DNA from: an uncultured Clostridia bacterium
GTDB lineage: Bacteria > Acidobacteriota > Aminicenantia > UBA2199
Reading direction: 5' to 3'
NCBI GenBank assembly: GCA_964457225.1
Contig: CAYWEM010000003.1
Span: 114-64,113 of the forward strand
Length of the DNA: 64,000 nucleotides
Shown: piece by piece, positions 59,023 to 64,000 of the stretch
Numbering within the stretch: the first letter of the stretch is position 1
How the letters are laid out: every line of letters starts with the position of its first letter
Notes under the pieces: generated by a model
What the model saw: only the letters and a program-made list of their open reading frames with translations
Told to the model about the DNA's origin: nothing
The model's database searches: none
Made by a program: the position numbers and the translations under genes

Positions 59023-60465
59023 TCAGGAAATGCTCCGGCCTGTTTCTTTATCATGCCCCAGCAGGTAATCAACCACCTGGGCGGCTGAAAAATCCCGGCC
59101 CAGGTTGCGCACCAGTTGCACCAGCTGGTCAAAACAGGCCCCCACGGTCAGCAGGGGTTTTTCCAGGTAGCCGCCGCCGCGTTCCACGGCATAGCCGATA
59201 TTGGCCAGCAGGCCGTTGCAGAGGCATTTGCGGCCGGCCAGTTCCTCTTTTTCGCCGCCCTTGGCCAGCCAGCTGTTCTCAGCTTCGGCCGGACAACGGT
59301 AGCCGACCTGGCCGTCGTCCTTCTTGTACAAGGAACGCAGGAAACCGAAATCACAGACCCGCGGCCGGGTCAGGTACTCTTTCAGGTCGGAAAGCGTGCC
59401 TTCCAGGTTGAGCACCTTGAAGGGAAAACCGGTCGGCGAAGCCAGGACATCGGTTATTACCTTGCCGATATTGCGCATGGCCTTGACCAGGGTCGTTTCC
59501 TTTATCGAATTTATCAGGCCCGATTCGCGGCAGAAGGCGAACAGGGTGCCCACCTGGATGCCGCTGGCCCCGAGCTTTTCCGCTTGCTCGAGCTTGCCCG
59601 GGTAGCCGTAGCCCCCGGCCAGGTAAAAGGGCAGGCCGAGCTCGGCGATGCGCTCCAGGATGATCTCGTCTTTTGGTCCGTAAACCGGCTCATGGTTTTC
59701 ATCCAGGTTCAGGCCGCCGCGCGGCGGGGCGTTGTGGCCCCCGGCGCAGTGCCCCTCGACCACCAGGCCCTCGATACTGCCGTTGGCCTTGCGGGCCATG
59801 GTGGCGGCCAGCAGGTTGGACGACACGATCGGGAAAAAAGCCGGCCGGGGCAGGTCCCGTTCCGGTCCCTGAACCAGGCGGCGCGGACTCAGCTGTACCC
59901 GGTAATCATCCTGCGGACCGGCATCCTTGACCTGCACGGCCAGGGAAACGTCCCGGTGCCGGGCCAGGTCATCGAGCAGGCCGGGAATGTCGCGGGGAAT
60001 GCCGGCGCCCATGATCACGTAATCGACCCCGGCCAGCATGGCCCCGTACAGAGTAGCCGGAATCGGCAGTTGAATCTTGGTCAGCAGGTTGATGCCCACC
60101 GGCCGGTCATGCCCTTCCTTGGCCAGGAAAACTTCGACGAAGGCGGCGGCGATGGTTTCCCGGACCAGGTCCTCGGGATCGTCCAGGCGATGCGGCCGGG
60201 CCAGGCTGACTTTCCCGGCCGGCGAACCTGCTTGGCTCAAGTGCCTGCGGATGATGGTTTCAGCGGCTTCCCGGTCGGGAAAGGCCTGCAGGGCCCGGAC
60301 CACGTGGCCGCCGGGATCACCGGCCTGCAGGCGCCGGGCATTGATAATCTCCAGGGCCACCCCGGAGACCACGCCGAGTTGTCCGGATTGGGACACGGCC
60401 CGGGCCAGTTTCCAGTCGGAAACCCCGGCGCCCATGCCGCCCTGGATGATTTTCGGTATTATCAT
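59023..60465 (-). CDS. Nitronate monooxygenase (NMO/2-nitropropane dioxygenase) family FMN oxidoreductase
   Basis: IIQGGMGAGVS, AGIP and YLAGGYG are the NMO domain motifs. Confidence 0.75.
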   Translation of the reverse strand: MIIPKIIQGGMGAGVSDWKLARAVSQSGQLGVVSGVALEIINARRLQAGDPGGHVVRALQAFPDREAAETIIRRHLSQAGSPAGKVSLARPHRLDDPEDLVRETIAAAFVEVFLAKEGHDRPVGINLLTKIQLPIPATLYGAMLAGVDYVIMGAGIPRDIPGLLDDLARHRDVSLAVQVKDAGPQDDYRVQLSPRRLVQGPERDLPRPAFFPIVSSNLLAATMARKANGSIEGLVVEGHCAGGHNAPPRGGLNLDENHEPVYGPKDEIILERIAELGLPFYLAGGYGYPGKLEQAEKLGASGIQVGTLFAFCRESGLINSIKETTLVKAMRNIGKVITDVLASPTGFPFKVLNLEGTLSDLKEYLTRPRVCDFGFLRSLYKKDDGQVGYRCPAEAENSWLAKGGEKEELAGRKCLCNGLLANIGYAVERGGGYLEKPLLTVGACFDQLVQLVRNLGRDFSAAQVVDYLLGHDKETGRSIS

Positions 60466-60640
60466 GTGGCCCGGCCTAAACAGGAAAGTACATCAACCAT
60501 CGATTTAATCAAGCTGTTATTAAACAAGATCACCCACCATTGCTTTTGCCGTTGATAAAGCGCAAAAATTCATTATAGCACAATTAAAAAAACAAGTCGC
60601 CCCTGCTTAAAATTGCAAAACCACTTGAGAAAAGTCAACA

Positions 60641-60760
60641 CCAGGCGCAGGCCGAAAACGGCGGCCCCGGGCCGGTTCAGCTGATGCTTGGACCGGCCGA
60701 GCAAGGCGTTGCCGGCGAATTGGCTGTGGGCAGCGGGCGGCCGGCCCTAGTAATCGACCA
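60641..60760 (-). pseudogene. Decayed remnant of a leucyl aminopeptidase (M17) C-terminus, copy A
   Basis: Minus-strand translation GRPPAAHSQFAGNALLGRSKHQLNRPGAAVFGLRL. It is about 75% nucleotide-identical to the fragment at 62078-62190. Confidence 0.4.
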
Positions 60761-61919
60761 CTTCCCAGTAATTGCCCGTACCGCCGATGTTCTCGATGAT
60801 GTTCAGCGAAGTGGCATGCGACATGGTGTTCATGTCCATCATCATCTGCATACAGCGTTGCCGGGCCTGGAAATCGGCCATTTCCCGGGCGGCTGAACCG
60901 GAGCCGGCGGCCGGCGGCGCCGCGGTGAAGGCCGGAGGCTGGAACTGGGCCCGGAACTGCTGTTTCTGGGCCGGGCTCAGACTGCGCCAGTTACTATCCA
61001 TGACCTGCCAGAGCAGGCCGGCCGAGCAGAGCAGTTTTTTCTGCTCCAGGGGCAGGCCCGCAAAGCTCTTGAGCAGGTCGTCGGCCAACTGGCGCCGCAG
61101 GGCCTGGTCAAAGGGCCGGGTATTGCCGCTCATTTCGCTCAGGAAGGCCAGGTAGCTGACCATGCCGTCCAGGTCGCGGTTGGTCAGCAGGAGTTTGTTT
61201 TGCCGATCCTCGGCCAGCACCTTGATGTAATTCTGCATGACCTTGATCAGCAGAGGTTTCTGGGCCTCGGGCTGGCCGGAGCTGGCCTGGTACAGGGCGT
61301 AAAACAGTTCCTGGCGGGCGATGCCGATGTGCACCGGGTCGGTCAGGGTGCGCAGTTGGGCCAGCGAGCCGGCCAGGGATTCGAGCTGGCCCAGCACGAA
61401 GACCGGCTCCTGCTGGAATTCGGCCACGGTGGCCGCACTCAGTTCCCGGGTTTCCTGGGGCTTGAGGGCCTGGCCGATGATGAACTGCAAAAGTCCGATA
61501 CCGGCCTGCACCTGGCCGGCGTACAGGCTGTGCTCACCGGACCGGGCCAGGGGCTGACCGGTCCGGGCCGGGACGCGCTCCGGTTTCGGCCGGCTGACCG
61601 CCCGCTGGAAGCGCATCTGCACTCCCTGGATGTCGCGCAGTAACAGCAGGTCTTCCTGCAGGCCGACCACGGCATACTGCACCACCGCCCCGCCGGCCTG
61701 GTAATCCTGCAGCAGCAAAAATCCGTTCTGAAAAGCCCAGCGGCCGTTGCTGGCGCCCCCGGGAAACTGCATGCCGTAGGTGAAATCGAGTTTCAGCTCC
61801 AGGTTGATGTTGAAATCGGCATCGCGCCATTTGCCCTCGAAATCAGTCGGCTGGACCGCCGGCAGGAAAGCACAAAATAAAACTGCCAGAAAAAGCGCTG
61901 TTTTAAACTTCATGTTCAA
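60747..61919 (-). CDS. Hypothetical secreted protein
   Basis: Signal peptide MNMKFKTALFLAVLFCAFLPAV. 390 aa with no recognisable motif. Confidence 0.6.
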   Translation of the reverse strand: MNMKFKTALFLAVLFCAFLPAVQPTDFEGKWRDADFNINLELKLDFTYGMQFPGGASNGRWAFQNGFLLLQDYQAGGAVVQYAVVGLQEDLLLLRDIQGVQMRFQRAVSRPKPERVPARTGQPLARSGEHSLYAGQVQAGIGLLQFIIGQALKPQETRELSAATVAEFQQEPVFVLGQLESLAGSLAQLRTLTDPVHIGIARQELFYALYQASSGQPEAQKPLLIKVMQNYIKVLAEDRQNKLLLTNRDLDGMVSYLAFLSEMSGNTRPFDQALRRQLADDLLKSFAGLPLEQKKLLCSAGLLWQVMDSNWRSLSPAQKQQFRAQFQPPAFTAAPPAAGSGSAAREMADFQARQRCMQMMMDMNTMSHATSLNIIENIGGTGNYWEVVDY

Positions 61920-62052
61920 CCTCCCGGCCGCGCAGGACTGTCGACAGCCCAGCCCGGCCCGCCGAAAATACTAGACATTTCCGCAAAAAAAGTCAATCCG
62001 GAGTTATCGCCAGATTCTGATTTTTCCCGCTTTTCTGATTGGATGCAGTTTT

Positions 62053-62260
62053 TCAGGCCAGGCGGCGCAGGAACTCGATCAGCAGGCGCAGGCCGAAGCC
62101 GCTGGCCCCGGGGCTGTTGAAGTAGGAATTGGCCCGGCTGAGCAAGGCGGTGCCGGCGATGTCGATGTGGGCGAAGGGCGTCCGGCCGCAGAATTCGGCC
62201 AGGAAGAGCGCGGCCTTGATAGCCGAAGCGCCCCGGTAATCGGCGTTTTTCAGGTCGGGC
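62053..62260 (-). pseudogene. Leucyl aminopeptidase (PepA, M17) C-terminal fragment, copy B
   Basis: ...GASAIKAALFLAEFCGRTPFAHIDIAGTAL..GASGFGLRLLIEFLRRLA* aligns with the E. coli PepA C-terminus (NWAHLDIAGTAW...GATGRPVALLAQFL). The N-terminal 28 residues of the ORF are non-homologous. Confidence 0.6.
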
Positions 62261-62321
62261 GCAACTTTGGTGTCAGGTCTTTCATTATTACATCTGGTTT
62301 GACATGATGGATTCAGGTCCA

Positions 62322-62458
62322 GGACAATACGCATCGAATATCCTGTCACCGTGTATCACATCACTTCTCAAGGTAACGAGCGAAAGAGTGTATTTGTTGA
62401 TGACTATGATCAGGAAATCTTTCCAGGCATTATTCAGCAGGTCCGGAACCGCTTTCAT
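62322..62458 (+). mobile_element. IS200/IS605-family Y1 transposase (TnpA) internal fragment, pseudogene
   Basis: Translation RIEYPVTVYHITSQGNERKSVFVDDYDQEIFPGIIQQVRNRFHWLFHAYVLTII* matches the HUH/Y1 transposase pattern (..YH.M.RGN.R..IF.DDEDR..FL....E....F...AYVLM.NH.HLL). It lacks a start and stops before the HxH and Tyr regions. Local sequence is AT-rich. Confidence 0.55.
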
Positions 62459-62673
62459 TGGCTGTTTCATGCCTATGTGTTGACGATTATCTGATCGCAG
62501 TAAGCTGGTATATTACATTGAATCCGAGCTGGGCCGACTTAGTGGTTAAAAAAAAGGAATGTTTGTAGAGCAGTTAGTTACCGGGTGCTCACTATTGAAA
62601 AGGGATAAAAAATCAGAAGTAAAAATGAAAGACCTGACACCATTTCTGAACCAGGCATGGAAACCTGGAAGGT

Positions 62674-63906
62674 TCAGCGGCCGGAGAGGCGGCGGCGGGC
62701 CCGCTCGGCCAGGTCGCTGTGGGGGCCGGCCTCGATGCAGAGTGCAAAGCCTTGGCGCGCCTCGGCGGGCTGTCCCAGCAGTTCCATGGTCAGGCCGTAG
62801 ACGTAGGCGTCGTAAAACAGCCAGAAGCGGCTTTCCAAATCTCCCCGGGCCCGTCGGCGCATCTCATCCAGCCCGTCCCGGGCCAGGGACTCCGCCTCCG
62901 ACTTGCCGGCCCGGGCCTTGAAATAGGCCCGGGAGACCGCCGACTGGTGGCGGCGCTCTTTGCCGTGGCGGTGCAGGTCGGAAAAGAGGAATTCGGCCAG
63001 CTCGGGATCCTGCTCGGAGAGCAGCAGGGCCCGGGCGGCCAGCAGGTGCACGGTCTCCATGCTGAAATGGGTGCTGCGATAGTGAAAGGGGCCCTTGAGC
63101 TGGTCCAGGGCGCGGTCATAGCGCCCCTGGTAGAGATCGAGCAGGGCCGGCAGAACCTGGGGACTGGCCTCGCCCAGGCTAGCCATATCCTTGACGGGCT
63201 GTTTTGCCAGCTCCCCTTCCGCCCGGCTGAATCGGCCTTGCTGGAGGTGGCAGTAAATGAGGAAGAGGTGGCGCCCCACGGTGAGCCCCCAAAACCAGCT
63301 GATTCGTTCAATTATATCTTCTACGATAAGACCTTCAACCAGAGCCACGGCGGCATCAACCTCACCGCGCAGAAAAAGAATTTCACAGTGGCGGTGCAGC
63401 AGGTCGGAGCTGTCGGGGAAGAGGTCCAGCCCGGCCTCGACCCGGGTAGCCGCAGCATCGTAATCGGCAGTGGCGAGGTCCTCGCCGGCGCGTAGGTAGA
63501 GAAGCGCGGCCTTCAGCCAGGGGTTTTGGGGGTTGGCAGCCAGGGCGCGGTCCAGGTGCGGGGCGGCTGCCCCGGGCTGAGGATAGACCACGGCCTTGCG
63601 GTAGTACTCGTTGATCTCGCGGTAAATGCGCTGCAGCCCGGCCGGGTCGTCGTGAAAACTAAGGATCTCCAAGCCGTCTTTTTGCACCACAACCTGACCG
63701 TCACGGTTCAGGGTCAGTCGCCGGCCGCTTTCCTCGTCGACCAGACTCAGCCGGTCCGCTGCATCCCAATCTTGGTCTACCAGCAGGTAATACACGGGCA
63801 CAACAATTAGGAAGACATCGTCAGGCAACAGGTCGCTGCTTTTCCAAGGCCAGCGAGTCAAGGTCGATTGAAAACCGAAAGGGCGCCATAATGGAATATC
63901 GGCCAC
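62674..63906 (-). CDS. TPR-like repeat protein
   Basis: Helical repeat pattern throughout (..AL.LY...G.YD.A....). No catalytic motif seen. Confidence 0.6.
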   Translation of the reverse strand: MADIPLWRPFGFQSTLTRWPWKSSDLLPDDVFLIVVPVYYLLVDQDWDAADRLSLVDEESGRRLTLNRDGQVVVQKDGLEILSFHDDPAGLQRIYREINEYYRKAVVYPQPGAAAPHLDRALAANPQNPWLKAALLYLRAGEDLATADYDAAATRVEAGLDLFPDSSDLLHRHCEILFLRGEVDAAVALVEGLIVEDIIERISWFWGLTVGRHLFLIYCHLQQGRFSRAEGELAKQPVKDMASLGEASPQVLPALLDLYQGRYDRALDQLKGPFHYRSTHFSMETVHLLAARALLLSEQDPELAEFLFSDLHRHGKERRHQSAVSRAYFKARAGKSEAESLARDGLDEMRRRARGDLESRFWLFYDAYVYGLTMELLGQPAEARQGFALCIEAGPHSDLAERARRRLSGR

Positions 63907-64000
63907 GAATTTAAGATGGGCCAGAGGGTTGCAGTAAGCCAGGGCCAGCAGGCGCTGACGACCATCAGTTCCAGGATGGACAATAGCCTCTTGTACATAC

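Overview
High-GC (~60%) bacterial chromosomal window, densely coding and mostly housekeeping or metabolic. It begins with a minus-strand tRNA cluster, Thr(TGT)-Tyr(GTA)-Gly(TCC)-Thr(GGT), in the order of the E. coli thrU-tyrU-glyT-thrT array that precedes tufB. Four further tRNAs are present: Ala(CGC), Met/Ile2(CAT), Leu(TAG) and Ala(GGC). Recognisable genes include hup, metK-ahcY followed by a receiver/HD-GYP regulator, rimI-tsaB plus an RsbW-like anti-sigma factor, panB-panC-panD followed by a PfkB kinase and a sodium:solute symporter, ftsE-ftsX, buk-ptb, a 6-phosphofructokinase, an S46 dipeptidyl-peptidase next to a POT peptide transporter and RidA, a GH5-like glycosidase, a VKOR-family protein, a TPR-GGDEF diguanylate cyclase and a PAS hybrid histidine kinase. 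The most unusual feature is a stand-alone Cas6-type endoribonuclease homolog with a glycine-rich loop closely matching the P. furiosus Cas6 loop. It is the first gene of a tightly packed seven-gene operon with a DAGK-family lipid kinase, a PlsC-type acyltransferase, two tandem alkaline-phosphatase-superfamily (ENPP-like) phosphodiesterases, a small RHH-like protein and a membrane protein. I found no CRISPR array or other cas gene anywhere in the 64 kb. Other points of interest are an AT-rich (~38% GC) island carrying a PF01637/DUF234-type ATPase behind a consensus sigma70 promoter with a palindromic operator, a PD-(D/E)xK nuclease fused to DUF2779, a radical SAM protein whose SPASM-like Cys-rich domain lies N-terminal to the CxxxCxxC core, a HAMP protein ending in a Cys4 zinc-ribbon-like output, and a decayed locus with two diverged leucyl-aminopeptidase C-terminal remnants flanking a secreted-protein gene next to an IS200-like transposase fragment. 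Some start codons were moved to internal Mets where an RBS or a gene on the opposite strand argued against the longest ORF.
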